A stretch of DNA of 64,000 bases from NCBI RefSeq assembly GCF_004010195.1, contig NC_057749.1:9512646-9576645 (forward strand). Reading direction: 5' to 3'. This document shows positions 24,761-37,896 of the stretch, piece after piece. A model generated the notes under the pieces. The model did no database searches, had not been told where the DNA came from, and saw nothing but the letters and a program-made list of their open reading frames with translations. A program made the translations under genes and the position numbers. How positions within the stretch are numbered: the stretch's first letter is position 1; each line of letters starts with the position of its first letter. This stretch comes from Chiloscyllium plagiosum (Eukaryota).

Positions 24761-26139
24761 TAAGATGCTCTGTCCTTCCAAGATCATCGAGTTCAATGGT
24801 TGCATCACCTATGGTCATTAAGAGATGAATTATGAGTTAATGAGGGTGCTGTTTGATACAGTAGTTAGAAAATGCTTTAAAAATCCTGAGCTCCATATCA
24901 TAAGGCCGGGAAGAGGCAATTCAGCCCCTCAAACCTGTTCGATCCTGACTGATTGTGACATAACTCAATCTACCCCACCTTGGTTCTACAACTATTAAGG
25001 TCCTTGCTGAACAAAACGACATCATTCTCAATATTGACATGGCTGTGACAATGGGCAAACGGAGGAGTAGGAGGCAGGAAACAGGGCTGTTGACAAACTT
25101 TTACTGAAGTCATGGGGATGAAGCTGCTGAAACCAAAAGAGAACTTGTTGCATCGATTTTTCACATTTTTGATTGCTCGGTTGAGTATGTGGCCAAGTCA
25201 CATTGGATGGGGTCAATGATCCCTTGGAACTCAGGCTAGAATATCACAGTAACTGGCACACTGTGCCAATTCAGCATCTAAATGAATTGCCCAGGTAAAT
25301 TTTGTTTTTAAGTTTTTACTCAATTAAAATTGATTTTTGTGAGAAAGTAAAAATGTCGAGTAACAACCACTACCAGTTTCTGATATTAAGATTTGAGAGA
25401 CTTGACCTGTAAAAGGAGATAGAGCACCGCCTCTGGAGAAAGTAGAAATAGCAGGTGTTATCAAGGGAGGCAAAGAGAGTAGAATAGAAATGAGATCATG
25501 TTAAACTATGATGCATGACCGGTTAGATCTCACCTGGAGTATTATATCCAGTTTTGGGTGCTACTGTTTGGAAGGTTGTCCTGACGAGGGTGCAGAAGAG
25601 ATTTAACTGAATAGAGAAGCTGGGATTATTCTCCTTGGAGAAGCTTAAGTGTGAATTATTGTGGGTGTTCAAAATAATGAGGGCTTTTGATAAGCTAACT
25701 AGGTTATGGCCCAGTGATAGTGACATTGCCTGTGAGCCAGAAAGCCTGGGTTCAAATCCCATTTGCTTCAGAGGTGCATCATAATGTGTATGAACAGGTT
25801 GATTAAAAATACGTGTATCTACACAGTCCATTTTAAAAAGTACAGGTCTCTTGTGGTAGTGTCAATATCTCTAGGTCAGGAGGCTTGAGTTCAGTTCCTG
25901 TACCAGCAGTGTGTCATAACTTATCTAACAAAACAAGATAGATTTAAAAATATCTACACGATAAATGGGGTGAAATTGTTTCCCCTGGCAAGAGAATTGG
26001 TTGGCAGAGAACATAGATTTAAAGTAATTGGAAAAAGAAGGGAAGATAAGAATTTTTTTTAAACATGACAACTTTACTTTTATGTTCTAGAATAAGTGAT
26101 TAATGGTAACCTAGAAAAGGGAATTGGATACATACGTGG

Positions 26140-26530
26140 AGTGTGGGAGGTTGAGTGGTGACCTTATAGAGGTTTATAAAATAATAACAGGTAGAAATAG
26201 AGTGATTGGTCGATGTCTTTCCCCTGGGGTGGATGATTTCAAGACTAAGGGGCACATTTTTAAAGTGAGAGGAGAGAGGTTCAAAAAAGACATGAGGGGC
26301 AATGTTTTACACAGAGGGTGGCTCGTGTGTGGAATGAACTCCGAGGAAGTGGTGGATGTGGGTGCAATAACAACATTTAAAAGACATTTGGATAAGTACA
26401 TGAACAGGAAAGGTTTGGAGGGATATCGGCCAGGAGCAGGCAGTTGGGACGAGTTCAGTTTGGGATTATTTTTGGCATGGACTGGTTGGACCGAGTGGTC
26501 TGTTTCCATGCTGTATGATACCATGACTCT
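26140..26530 (+). mobile_element. CR1 LINE 3' end
   Basis: RLSGDLIEVYKII...TFKRHLDKYMNRKG, tail ctgtttccatgctgtatga. Confidence 0.88.
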
Positions 26531-26864
26531 ACGAACAGGATAAAATTATCACTGGAAAAGATCAGGCGACTGGTATGTATTAGATAACTCCTTCAAAGAG
26601 CTGGCATATGCACCATGGACTGTGCTCTGCTTTCATTTATTGCAGCAATACCCATTGATTCAGTAACCTTAGTGCAGTACATTAGTATCTGCAAGCATGA
26701 TCCTTTATTAGAGCTGAGAAAATTTGGAAAATCAACTTTCTCGTTGAACTTCTGAAATTGGTTGAACTTTATTTCTTAAAACTAAACAGACAAGCTTTAA
26801 GAATTAGAGAGGAAAATGATTTAGTTGCCAGTGTTAATGATTGGAAATTGAGCAGAATTCTTTC

Positions 26865-27172
26865 AGCATCCTCACAGTGCCAGAGACCTTTCGATTCCAC
26901 ACTCAGCCTGTGTGAAATTTGCACTTGTTCCCGTGTCCGTGTGGGTTTCGATCGGGTGCTCCGGTTTCTTCCCACAGTCCAAAGATGTGCAGGTTAGGTG
27001 GTTATGCTAAATTGTCCATTGTGTCTAGGGATATGCAGGCTAGGTGGATTAGCCATGGGAGGTGCAGACTACAGGAATAGGGTAGGGAGTGGATCTGAGT
27101 GGGATGGTTTTCAGAGGGTCGGTGTGGACTCAATGGGCTGCCAGGCCTGCTTTCACACTGTAGAGGTTCTAT
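26865..27172 (+). mobile_element. HE1-type V-SINE about 80 bp from the exon 5 donor
   Basis: V-domain and tail ggcctgctttcacactgtag. Confidence 0.8.
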
Positions 27173-27251
27173 GATACTGTTCAATGATTCTTTGATTGAT
27201 TGGATCTACATACAATATCCATCAATTAGAATAAAGAACCTTCTCTCTTAC

Positions 27252-27389
27252 CATTAAAAGATCTGAGACAGGACTTGCCATCGGAACTCAAGTAAAATCC
27301 TTCTTGACACTCACAAATGAAGCTTCCGAGCGTGTTAATGCATTTGTGATCGCATAATGTGTCGTTATTGACTAAACATTCATCTATGT
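27252..27389 (-). CDS. CCBE1: CCBE1-family exon 5 equivalent (138 nt), calcium-binding EGF domain: DIDECLVNNDTLCDHKCINTLGSFICECQEGFYLSSDGKSCLRSFN
   Basis: Lies within ORF 27226..27414(-). Acceptor ttctctacag, donor gtaaga. Has the cbEGF consensus D-I-D-E-C and C-x-N-x4-F-x-C and an NDT sequon. Phase 1-1. Confidence 0.96.
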
Positions 27390-27842
27390 CTGTAGAGAAC
27401 AGGAACAAGTCCATGTCACTGGTTTAAAATCAGAAGGCATTCACCAGCACTACAACAATGAATGATTAAGTGTGACATTATGTTCAAATGAATGCCTCAA
27501 GTTTTCATAGATTTGCACCAAAACCAGGAAGTGTAATAGCAAATGTAACGCTGAATGCATGCTACAAAAAGATTGAGGAACTTGAGACTGGAGAGACAGG
27601 TGCCAGTTCTTATATGGAAGTTAATTGGACCAGTGTCTGGCTACTAATTTTCGAGGTTTCACCGAACCATCTTTTCTTTCAAAAAACAAATTCCATGAGG
27701 AAGTCCAAACCTATTCATAAAATGTACCCTTTCTATAATCTGTTACCTGCATCCTACCTCACACCAAGTCCTGTTGACCCATTGCTCCTGTACTCACTGG
27801 TCTACATGGGCTGCTGCTTTGGCAATGCCTTGATTTTAAAAA

Positions 27843-27935
27843 GGCCTGAAGAAGGGCTTATGCCCGAAACGTCGATTCTCCTGTTCCCTGGATGCTGCCT
27901 GACCGGCTGCGCTTCTCCAGCAACACATTTTCAGC
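27843..27935 (+). mobile_element. PLE-derived mini-insertion with hammerhead core (27846-27873)
   Basis: CTGAAGA a gggc ttat gccc GAAAC GTC. Probable TSD tttaaaaa at 27835-27842 and 27936-27943. Confidence 0.78.
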
Positions 27936-29150
27936 TTTAAAAATTCTAATCTTTGTTTTCAACTTTCTCCATGGCATCACTTCTCACCATCTCTATAATC
28001 CTTCCCAACTCTACAAGCATTTGAGATTTCTGCACATATCATATCCTGACCTCTTGCACATCCTTAATTTTCATTAAAGTGATGACTTAAGTGATGGCTG
28101 CTATATTATCATCTGTAGAATGATGTCTCATTAAGAGCTCGACATGTGAATCAGCCATGTAGCTGGATGGTATCATGTGACCAAATGCCACAAACTCTCT
28201 GCACCGTAGCAATCTAGGCACAGGATATGCCTGGAAATTTTTCTGTACTGTACATATTAATTTAGCTGTAACAAAACCCACCAGAAATCTTTAAATAAAC
28301 AAAATGCATGTATCTCTTCTGTTACATTCAAATAACGTGAGATTTTTACTGTAGTGACCATGTCCTCAGCTGCCTGTGCCAAATGCTCTGATATCCCTTC
28401 CTAAATCCCTCCACTTTTTTCATCTCTCCTCCTTTAAGATACCCCTACAAGCTGTCCCTTTAACCAATTTTTTTGTCTTTTGTCTTGACATCTGCCTGTA
28501 TGGTTCAATGACAATCGCATTCCTTTGATGTGCATGAACACTAATGGCAAAACATAAATGTTTATTATCATTGGTCTTTGAGACGGCTGCTTAACTAAGG
28601 ATTAACAATAACTACTCTTGCTGAATTTGGTGTGCAAGGCACTATATATTTTTACTCATCAAAATAATAGCTATTTCAGGGACCAAGCAAGAACCCAAGC
28701 AAGCAAAAATCCATGACCAGTGACACGGAATTCCCTAGGTGAGTGATTTTTAAAAAATTAATGAATGGTTTTTTAAAAAATCACTCATGAGCTACGGGCA
28801 TCACTGGCTAGGCCAGCATTTATTACCCATTCCTAATTGCCCAGAAGGCAGTAAAGTGTCCACCACATTGCTGTCGGTCTGAAGTCACACTAGGCCAGAC
28901 CAGGTAAAGTCAACAGATTCCTTCCCTGAAGGATATTAGTGAACCAAATGAGTTTTTCCCAACAATTGGAAATAGTTTCATAGTTATGATTAAACTCTTA
29001 ATTCCAGATTCTTCATTGAATTGAAATTCTATCATCTGTGGCGAGATTTGAATATGGACCCCGAGAACATTTAGATGAGTTTCTGAATTAACAGTCTATC
29101 GATAATACCACTAGACCATTGCCTCTCCAGCGAATGAATAGATATTTAAC

Positions 29151-29462
29151 TTAGATTAGATTAGATTCCCTCCAGTGTGGAAACAAGCCCTTCGGCCCAA
29201 CAAGCCTACACCGACCCTCCGAAAAGTAACCCACCCAGTCCCATTTCCCTCTGACTAATGTACCTAACACACTGGGCAATTTAGCATGACCAATTCACCT
29301 GACCTGCACATCTTTGGACTATGGGAGGAAACCAGAGCACCCGGAGGAAACCCACACAGACACGGGGAGAATGTGCAAACTCCACACAGACAGTCGCCCG
29401 AGGCTGGAATTGAACCCGGGACTCTGGTGCTGTGAGGCAGCAGTGCTAACCACTGAGCCACG
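29151..29462 (-). mobile_element. HE1-type V-SINE, young-looking copy
   Basis: Retains many CpGs and the (ttaga)n tail. Confidence 0.9.
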
Positions 29463-30922
29463 TCCTTGACTCAAGCAACAAATGCAAGCACGAAAACAAA
29501 AATAAGGAAAGGTTGAGGCTGGCAGATAGTAGAGAATGGAGTCAATCAAATTATCTGGGTCATTGATATAAATTGTAAAAGATTGAAGTCACAGCACAGA
29601 TCCTGTGTGGGACTTCACTTGCTGCATCCTGCCAATTAGGTAAGAACCGATTTATGCAACTCTGTTTTTGCCAGGTTGACAATTTTCGATCTATACTAAC
29701 ACATTACCCACTACATCATGCACTTTTACAATGACCTTCAATTTGGCATCTTTCAAAAATCGAAGTACATCTCCTCTTTATCTACACCACATGTTACCCC
29801 CTTCAAAGAAGTTTAATAAATTGGTTGAACATGATACCATGCTGACTCTTCCTGATTATATTGAGTTCTAAATGTGCAGCTATAATCGCTTTAATCATTG
29901 ATTTGAACACCTTTCTCTTGAAAGGCTTCAAGCTGATTGGCCTATCGTCTCCTGTTATCTGTCTTCTTTGCTTCTTAATTAGCAGAATTAGTTTTGCTAA
30001 TTTTCAGTCAGGCAATCTGGCAAATTAACACTAATTCATCTACTACCTCATTAGCAACCTCCTTTATGACCCGAGGACAAAGTCCATTAGAACCCAGAGA
30101 CTTAAAAACCTGCAGCTCCATCAGTTTGCTTTGTGCCATTTCCCTAGTGACTGTAATTTCACTAAGTTGCTCTCTCTCTTCCACCTCCTGATTTACAGCT
30201 GTAACTGGAATGTATATTGTATCCTCTATAGTGAAGACAGAAGCAAAATATTTGTTCATTTTGTCATCAATTACCTTATTATCTACTATTAACTCTCCAT
30301 TCTCATTCTGTAGAAGACCAACGTTCACATTATTTACCCTTTTTCTTTTCTAATACCTGTAAAATTCTTCTGTTTTTACATGCAAAGCTGGACTCCTCTC
30401 TGAGAAGCCATCTAAACTCGGAATATTAGCTTGCTTTCTCTGCATGGACGCTGCCTGACTCACTGTGATCTCCAACATTTTTTGTTTTCAGTGCATTCTT
30501 CTCATGCTTGAATTTCTTCTTCCTAATTAATCTTGTCATTCTCTGCTGTTCTTCATACTTGAGCCAATAATCTGACCTCCCACTCATCGATGCTCAGTTG
30601 TACATTTTTTTCTTTGAGTTTTGATGTTTACCTGAACTTCTCTAGTTAGTGGGTCCTCTCTTTAGAATTTTTCTTTATAGCAGGAAGATATTTATTCTGA
30701 AAGTATCCCCTCAAATGTCTGCCACTGCGTCTCTGTTGATCTATCCCCCAGTCTAGCACACTATCTTAGGTCATCTAGCTCAGCTTCATGCCAACAGAGT
30801 TACCTTTAAGGTTAAAATACTGATCTTAGACTTGATTTGGAGATGCCGGTGTTGGACTGGGATGCACAAAGTTAAAAATCACACAACACCAGGTTATAGT
30901 CCAACAGGTTTAATTGGAAGCA

Positions 30923-30957
30923 CACTAGCTTTCGGAGCGACGCTCCTTCATCAGGTG
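30923..30957 (-). ncRNA. Minimal type I hammerhead ribozyme motif, intact core
   Basis: Minus strand: cac CTGATGA a ggagc gtc gctcc GAAA gc TA gtg. Stem I cac/gtg, perfect 5-bp stem II, palindromic AGCT stem III. Confidence 0.8.
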
Positions 30958-30967
30958 ATCAGACAAT

Positions 30968-31002
30968 CACCTGATGAAAGAGCATCGCTCCGAAAGCTAG
31001 TG
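30968..31002 (+). ncRNA. Minimal type I hammerhead ribozyme motif
   Basis: Plus strand: cac CTGATGA a agagc atc gctcc GAAA gc TA gtg. One mismatch at the base of stem II. Confidence 0.72.
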
Positions 31003-31612
31003 TGCTTCCAATTAAACCTGTTGGACTATAACCTGGTGTTGTGTGATTTTTGATCTTAGACTAGTCTTCTCCCTTTTTAAATTGGATGAAAACTTCAATG
31101 ATATTATGGTTGCTGTGACCTAGGGGCATTTTGGCCTGGAGGTCATCAATTAATTCTGTCACATTACCAAGTCTAACACCATGTGCCCCGTAATTGGTTC
31201 AAGAATGTGCTGCTGTAAGGAACTATCTTGAAAGCAGTCTCCTCATCCAGGCGATTACTGTCAGTCTGATCTTTCCAGTATATACGTAGATTAAGAACAT
31301 CCATGTTTATTACCACCACTACTCAATATTTCTTATTATGTACTGTCTCCCACATTGTGGCTACTGTTAAGGGGACTGCATGCTATTGCCATTAATGACT
31401 TCTTTCCCCTGTCTTTCCTAATCTCCATCCAAACTGATTCTATGCCTTGATTGACTAAACGGAGGGCCAAATGCACAGAGTCCTGTGCTTTACTCGAGCA
31501 GTTTTATGATAATATGTTGCATCTAAAGTAAGAAGAGTACAAATGGGTCACAGTATCCCAATGAAAAGACTGTAGATGAGCAATACGTTATTAATAAAAT
31601 CCGCAATCTCAC

Positions 31613-31747
31613 CTAAACAGTAGGGTGTCTGATGATTTCTGTGTCGCTCTCGGTCAAAGTGATATCCGGGGTAACATGTACACACAACTCGTCCAAAATT
31701 ATCAGTGCATTGCTGTTCACAAGGTGAGCCAGCACAGACATCAGTAT
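31613..31747 (-). CDS. CCBE1: CCBE1-family exon 4 equivalent (135 nt), EGF-like domain: [45 protein letters not shown]
   Basis: Lies within ORF 31548..31769(-). Acceptor cctttatctccag, donor gtgag. [26 protein letters not shown] is the CCBE1 signature. Phase 1-1. Confidence 0.97.
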   Translation of the reverse strand: MLMSVLAHLVNSNALIILDELCVHVTPDITLTESDTEIIRHPTV

Positions 31748-34700
31748 CTGGAGATAAAGGAGATGCCAAGTCAACAATGCAAGGTCTTTGTTACTTCATC
31801 AATGTTTTGTCAATAAAGTCAAATTATGCCAACATGTTGCATTTTGCATCAAGGCATCTCAGTGTATATAAAGCACAATCTGAGATAGCAGCAGAGCAGA
31901 GTGGATAAATCTAATGGTCATGGTGGAATCAAGTTTGGGTTTTGAATGTGTATGGACTAGAGAATGAAAGATGAAGGGAGATTCTTGAAGTTCCGAGAGC
32001 ATGTTGGAATATAAGATGACCACTACCATTGCCATTTTAAAGAGGGAGGCAATATGGAACTTGGGAGCTTGGGAGAATCAAGCAAATGTGGAATTTGCTA
32101 CCAGATGGTGTATTCTGGTGATTAGCATAGATGTGCTTGAAGAAAACTTCGATAAAAAAATAGGGTATGCTGATGGGTATAGGTTAGATGAAGAAATGCG
32201 GGTTGAAGCTCACACAGACCTGTTTGGTGTAATGACCTGTTTCTGTCCTGCAAACACTGAAAGAGGAGTAATTTTGTTCTTTACACTTTCATGAGCTATG
32301 GCTAACACCAGCATATATTGCCCTGAACTGAATGTGTAGTTAACAGTCAACCATGTGACTGTGGTTCTTGAGTCACATGTTGGCAGACTTTCTTCCTGAA
32401 AGAACAGTTGGAAAACAGATGGATTTTTAACAATCAACAGTATTTGCCTTAGTCAAATTATTCACTTCAATTTCACCAACTACCACGATGTGAACTCATG
32501 ACCCCAAAGCTTTAGCCTGGAGCTCTGGCTTGCTTATGCAGTAACATTACCATTATCACCATAAAGACAAGAAAAGCTTAATTTGCCAGAGAACAAGTTG
32601 GATTCCAGCAATTGACAAACGAAGCAGAAGCTGTTCTGATAGCACCTCCCAGGGGAATCGGTGTCATGAACATTGTTGCCCCTGTGAGGAACTCCCAAAA
32701 ACTGTGATCAGGTTGTGATAATTGTCCTATTTTTGAAGCAGCCATGAAACTATATTCATTGGTCAAACCATTCATCAGAACTGAAATACAAGTTAGAAAG
32801 CCAGTCAATCAGACAAGTCTGAACAGAACACTCATTTAAAAAAAAAGAATAGAACATCTTATGAGTTCACTACTAAGTTGCTGCATCTTTTTTTGAGTGA
32901 TCTCCATTGTGTTCTTAAATGTCCTTCGTCCATCTCCAGGCTGTTAGAGAACAGCCTGACAGAACTGCAACACGCTAAGTGAGCTTGCTCTTACATTAAC
33001 CCTTACATTTATATGATCTTATCCATTTCTCGACTGAGTACCCCTAACAAAAATCTCCTATTAGTCAATTACTTTGACAAAGGAATTTTTTTCTGGTCAA
33101 CTGTTCTTCACAGAAAGGTAGAAAGGACTTGAATTTGATTTAACGATGTCAGGACTTTTCAAAATCTTCTGCAATTAACAAGCACTTTCAAAATGTGTCC
33201 GCTGTTGCAATGAAGAGAATGTGGCAGACAAATTGCTCACAGCAAGATCCTCTATAGACGAACGTGATAAATAACCAGGTGATCTCACTTGATAATGTTA
33301 GTGAAGAGAGAAATAATGGCAGAAACTCAGTTGCTCTTCTTCAAATCAGCCTCCACCAGTGGGTCTTGATTTAACATGACATGTGCAGAGCAGCAGTTAT
33401 TCAGCTCTGCCTTGGAGTATCAAGCTGGATCCCATTGATCTCCCACTGACGTTTCAAACCCACAACCTTCATGATACCTTCACCCAAGCCACTGCCAGCA
33501 AAGGGAACAGAGCCAAAGGTTCACTTCATCAAGGAACATCAATTGAAATATTAATAGGGATTTGGATTTTGCTCCCAAGTCGCAATCAAGTCCTGTGGCA
33601 TTGCAACTGTGGTGCAGATGAGCCAATATTTTTAAAATTTCTTTGCTGTGTATGGTGCTACACATGTACAAAACCTGTCCAATCATTCATTGGGATGTGA
33701 GCCAGCATTTATTACCTGTCTTTAGTTGCCCTTTAGGAGCTGGTAGTGAGGTGCCATCTTGAACTGCTGCAGTCATGTGCTGTAGGTTGACCCACAATGC
33801 CATTAGGGAGAGAGTTTCAGGATTTTGACACAGTGACACTGAAGGAACGGTGATATATTTCCAAGTCAGAACGGTGAGTGACTTGGAGGGGACTTTGGAG
33901 GAGGTGGTGCTCCCATGTATCTGCTGCCTTTGTCCTTCTAGGTGGTGCTGGTCATGGGTTTGGAAGCAGTTATCCTCAGGACAAAGCTGTCTCTTGTGCC
34001 TATATTGATTGGTAATCTGGTTCAGATTGGGTAAGTGTAAATGGCGAGATGGATTGGACGTGAACAAGGCCCTTCTATCACCACAGTATCCACCTACTTA
34101 GCAGCTCAGTTGGGAATTAATGGAATTCACCACACACAAGTGGTTTCGACCACTCCCGTGGCTCAAGCATGCAAGTGTTGAGGTGTTAAGTGAGTCCTCA
34201 CACACAGCCCGGCTGCCGGATTGTTTGGATTTACTAAAATAAAGTTTACAGCTGGCAGTAAGACGACAGAATGGGTTTACATTTCATGCAATCTAGAAGA
34301 AACAAGAGGGGAGGAGAGGAGGCGAAAGATAATTAGGTCTACAATATGTCAACACTGACGAATCCTTGCCTTTACCTATTAACAATGTAAACTGCTGTAT
34401 TATGCAATCATTTAATTGCATGACAGGCCCAGGAAGCCAGCTTGAAGTTTCACACGCTAATGTGCCTTCTGGCCGAATACAAGTTGATGGAACGCTTCCA
34501 GTATACTGCTGGAAACAAGGATATCCAGTTTATCAAACAGCATTTTCCATTCATGAACTGTCATAAATTATCTGCTGTTTTGTACAGCTCTCATTTCAAC
34601 TTCTGCCTCATCGTCGTGACCTCTTTCCATTCTGGTTTTACTCTCGTCATGATAGCTTCCCTCTGCTTTTATCCGCAATCTTCTTTCCCCCTTGTTTGTG

Positions 34701-34841
34701 AGCAGACTTTTTCTCAAGGGGTGAGGGAGGGGAGCTTGATGACTGGGCTTGGTGGATGAGAACTTTGCGGGAAAGCTGCTTTGGTTCTTAGAAGGATACA
34801 ACAAGCTAAAACTTCCTCAGGCCCTGAGCAAAAGGCCTTGG

Positions 34842-35170
34842 GGGTGGCAAAGTGGCTCAGTGGTTAACACTGCTGCCTCACAGCGCCAGGGACCCGGGTT
34901 CGATTCCAACCTTGGGCGACTCTCTGTGTGGAGTTTGCACATTCTCCCCATGTCTGCATGGGTTTCCTCAGGGTGCACCTGTTTCCTCCCACAATCCAAA
35001 GATGTACAGGTTAAGTGAACTGGCCATGCTAAATTGCCCATAGTGTTCAGGGATGTGTAGGTTAGGTGCATTAGTCAGGGATAAATGTAGGGGAATGGGT
35101 TTGGGTGGGATACTCTTTGGAGGGTTGGTGTGGACTTGTTGGGCTGAAGGGCCTGTTTCCACACTGTAGT
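34842..35170 (+). mobile_element. HE1-type V-SINE
   Basis: Intact A and B boxes (tggctcagtgg, ggttcgattcc), V-domain, tail. Confidence 0.9.
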
Positions 35171-35799
35171 GATTCAATTCTATGATTCAAAATGGGCAAT
35201 TGCGAGTCACTCAGGAAAATGTAACGAGAATGGAAAATGAAATTGTCATTGTCAAGAAGAAAAGTCCGATTTTCCATCCCACGGATTTAACAGCTGGATA
35301 AGAGTCTTGCTCATGAGCAGTAGGGAGGCCTATTAACATCTCATTGACACCTAACCTCATCTCATCAATATTCAGTCTGCTGTTTTACAAGGTACCAGTG
35401 AGAAACTAGACAGCGCCAGTTTCCAATATGAAAGTTAAAGTTGGGTGCGTGGTAGCTCAGCTCACCCTCTGTCTTCTCCATCCCTCCACCTCAGCCAGAA
35501 TTCTCCAGCACCTCATGGCACACTTGGTGGGCACTGACTGTCTGCACTCTCCATCACCAGGACTTGGTGTTGGCAAAGCATTACCTCATTGTGGCACATT
35601 TCCGCCCAACTATGAGATAGAGTCATAGAGATGTACAGCATGGAAACAGACCCTTCGGTCCAACTTGTCCATGCCGACCAGATATCCCAACCAGACTTTC
35701 AATTCATTCAGAAATGTGTTCTTTGTTCCGAATATTGGTGATATTAAACTCCAACATTAACTCTATTTCGCTCCCAACAGATGCTGTCAGCAATGAGTC

Positions 35800-37545
35800 G
35801 TCAAGTCATACAGCATGGAAACAGACCCTTCGATCTAACTCGTCAACACTGACCATGTTCCCAAACTAAACTCGTCCCACCTGCCTGCATTTGGCTGATA
35901 TCCCTCCAAACCTTTCCTATTCATGTACTTATCCAAATGTCTTTTAAATATTGTAACTGTATCCACCACTTCCTGAGGAAGTTCATTCTACACACTAACT
36001 ACTCACTGTATAAAATGTAGCCCCTCATGACCTTTTTAAATCTCTCACCTTAAAAATGCCCTAGTTTTGAACTCCCCCTCTTTAGGGTAAAAATGTTTGC
36101 CATTCACCTTATCAATGCCACTAATGATTTTATAAATCTCTATAAGGTCACCCCTCAACCTCCTACACTCCAGTGAATACAGTCCCAGCCTAGCCAGCCA
36201 ATTTTTATAACTCAAGCCCTCTATTCTTGGCAACATCCTGATCTTTTCTGAACTCTCTCCAATTTAATAATTTTCTTCCTATAACAAAGTGACCAGAACG
36301 GCACACAGTACTCCACAAAAGGCCTCACAAATATCCTGTACAAGCTCATCATGATCTCCCACCTCCTATGCTCAAAGGTCTGAGAAATGAAGGCAAACAT
36401 GCTAAGTGCCTTCTTAGTTGAAACTTTATTGCTGGAACAGCACAGCAGGTCAGGCAGCATCTAGGGAACAGGAGATTCGACGTTTCGGGCACAGGCCCTT
36501 CTTCAGGAATGGAGTGCCTTCTTAACCATCCTGTCACACAAATTTCTAAGGATGGTGTACCTACCTAAACCTCGAGATCTCTCCCTTCTACAACACCACC
36601 CAGGGCCCTACCATTAATGGTTTTAGTCTTGCCCTTGCTTGTTTTACCAAAATGCAATACCTTGCATTTGTCCAAATTAAACTCCATCCGCCACTCCCAT
36701 TGACCCAATTGATTAAGACCTCTTTGTAATCTTAGATAACCTTCCCTGTCCGCTATCCCACCAATCTTGGTGTCATCCACAAAATAACCAACCATGCCTC
36801 TTATATTTTCATGAAAATTGTTTATATAAATGATAAACAAAAGTGGACTCAGTACTGATCCCTGTGGAACACTGTGGAACACCTCCAGTCCAAAAACAAA
36901 ACCCTGCACTACCACCCTCTGTCTCCTACCGTTAAATGAATGTTGAATCCAGCTGACAAGGTCTTCCTGAATTCCATGTGCCCTAACTTTACTAATTAGT
37001 CTACCATGCGGAATCTTATCCAAGGGCTTTACTAAAGTCCAAGTAAACAATATCAACCACTCAGCCCTCATCAATCGTTTTGGTTACTTCTGCAGAAAAC
37101 TCAATCAACTTAGTAAAACATGATTTCCCTCGCACAAAAGCCATGCTGACTATCCCTAATCATTCCTTGCCTCCCAAAATGCATGTAAGTTCTACCTTTC
37201 AGAATCACCTCGAACAACTTACCCACTATTGATGTGAGACTCACAGATCTATAGTTCCCAGGCACCTCCTTACATTCCTCCTTAAACAAAGGTACAACAT
37301 TAGCCACCCTCCAGTCTTCTGGCTCCTCTTGGTCATAGATGATATGAATATCTCTGCTAGGGGTCATGTAATTTCCTCCTTAACTTTCCACAATGTCCTG
37401 GGAAATACTTGACCAGTCCTGGATATTTATCCATCTTTTTAAGACCTCCAGCACTTCCTCTTCTGTAATGTGAACTGTTCTCAAAGCAACAATATTTATC
37501 TCTCTGAGTTCTCTAGCCTCCTTTCCTTTCTCCACAGTAAAAACC
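35800..37545 (-). mobile_element. CR1 (HER1-like) LINE RT and 3' end, frameshifted
   Basis: EDWRVANVVPLFK...NYRSVSLTS; VPQGSVLSPLLFIIYIN...FVDDTKIGG; RRLRGDLIEIYKI. Confidence 0.92.
36417..36512 (-). mobile_element. 96-bp PLE-derived mini-insertion containing a hammerhead motif (36475-36510), nested in a CR1 RT
   Basis: Minus strand: attc CTGAAGA a gggc ctgt gccc GAAAC GTC gaat, with perfect stems I and II. 12-bp TSD agtgccttctta at 36405-36416 and 36513-36524. Confidence 0.85.
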
Positions 37546-37896
37546 TACAGTAAAAAAGATGTGCTGAGTTTCTCCAGCATTTTCTATTTTTATTTAATAT
37601 ACCAGCAATGCATTATTTTGATTTTAATGTAATGCCATAATGTAATCCCACCCTAATACCATAATCCTACATTTCCCATGGCTAATCCATATAGCCTACA
37701 CATCCCTGGACATTATGGGTAATTAAGCATGGCTAATCCACCTTTTACTTTGCAATGTAATTGAATTATTTTCCAGTTCAACAGTTCAATCTGGCTGCAG
37801 AGGCCAAGTCATTGAGTGAGTTTAAGACAGAGATACACAGTTTCTTGATAAGTAAGGGGTCAAGGGTTCCAGGGAGAAGGCAGGAGAATGGTGGGA

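Larger units (their letters stand above)
30833..31050. mobile_element. Palindromic non-coding PLE-derived insertion with two opposed hammerhead motifs
   Basis: Inverted arms of about 86 bp (30874-30959 and 30966-31051). 12-bp TSD tgatcttagact at 30821-30832 and 31051-31062. Nested in a decayed CR1. Confidence 0.88.
29560..31450 (-). mobile_element. Heavily decayed CR1 LINE body
   Basis: ORF 30008..30328 NVGLLQNENGEL...MNKYFASVFTIED. Boundaries are approximate. Confidence 0.7.

Noticed and set aside
34842..34915. tRNA-like A/B-box sequences here and at other SINE heads
   Set aside because: They continue into the V-SINE body, so they are SINE heads and not tRNA genes.
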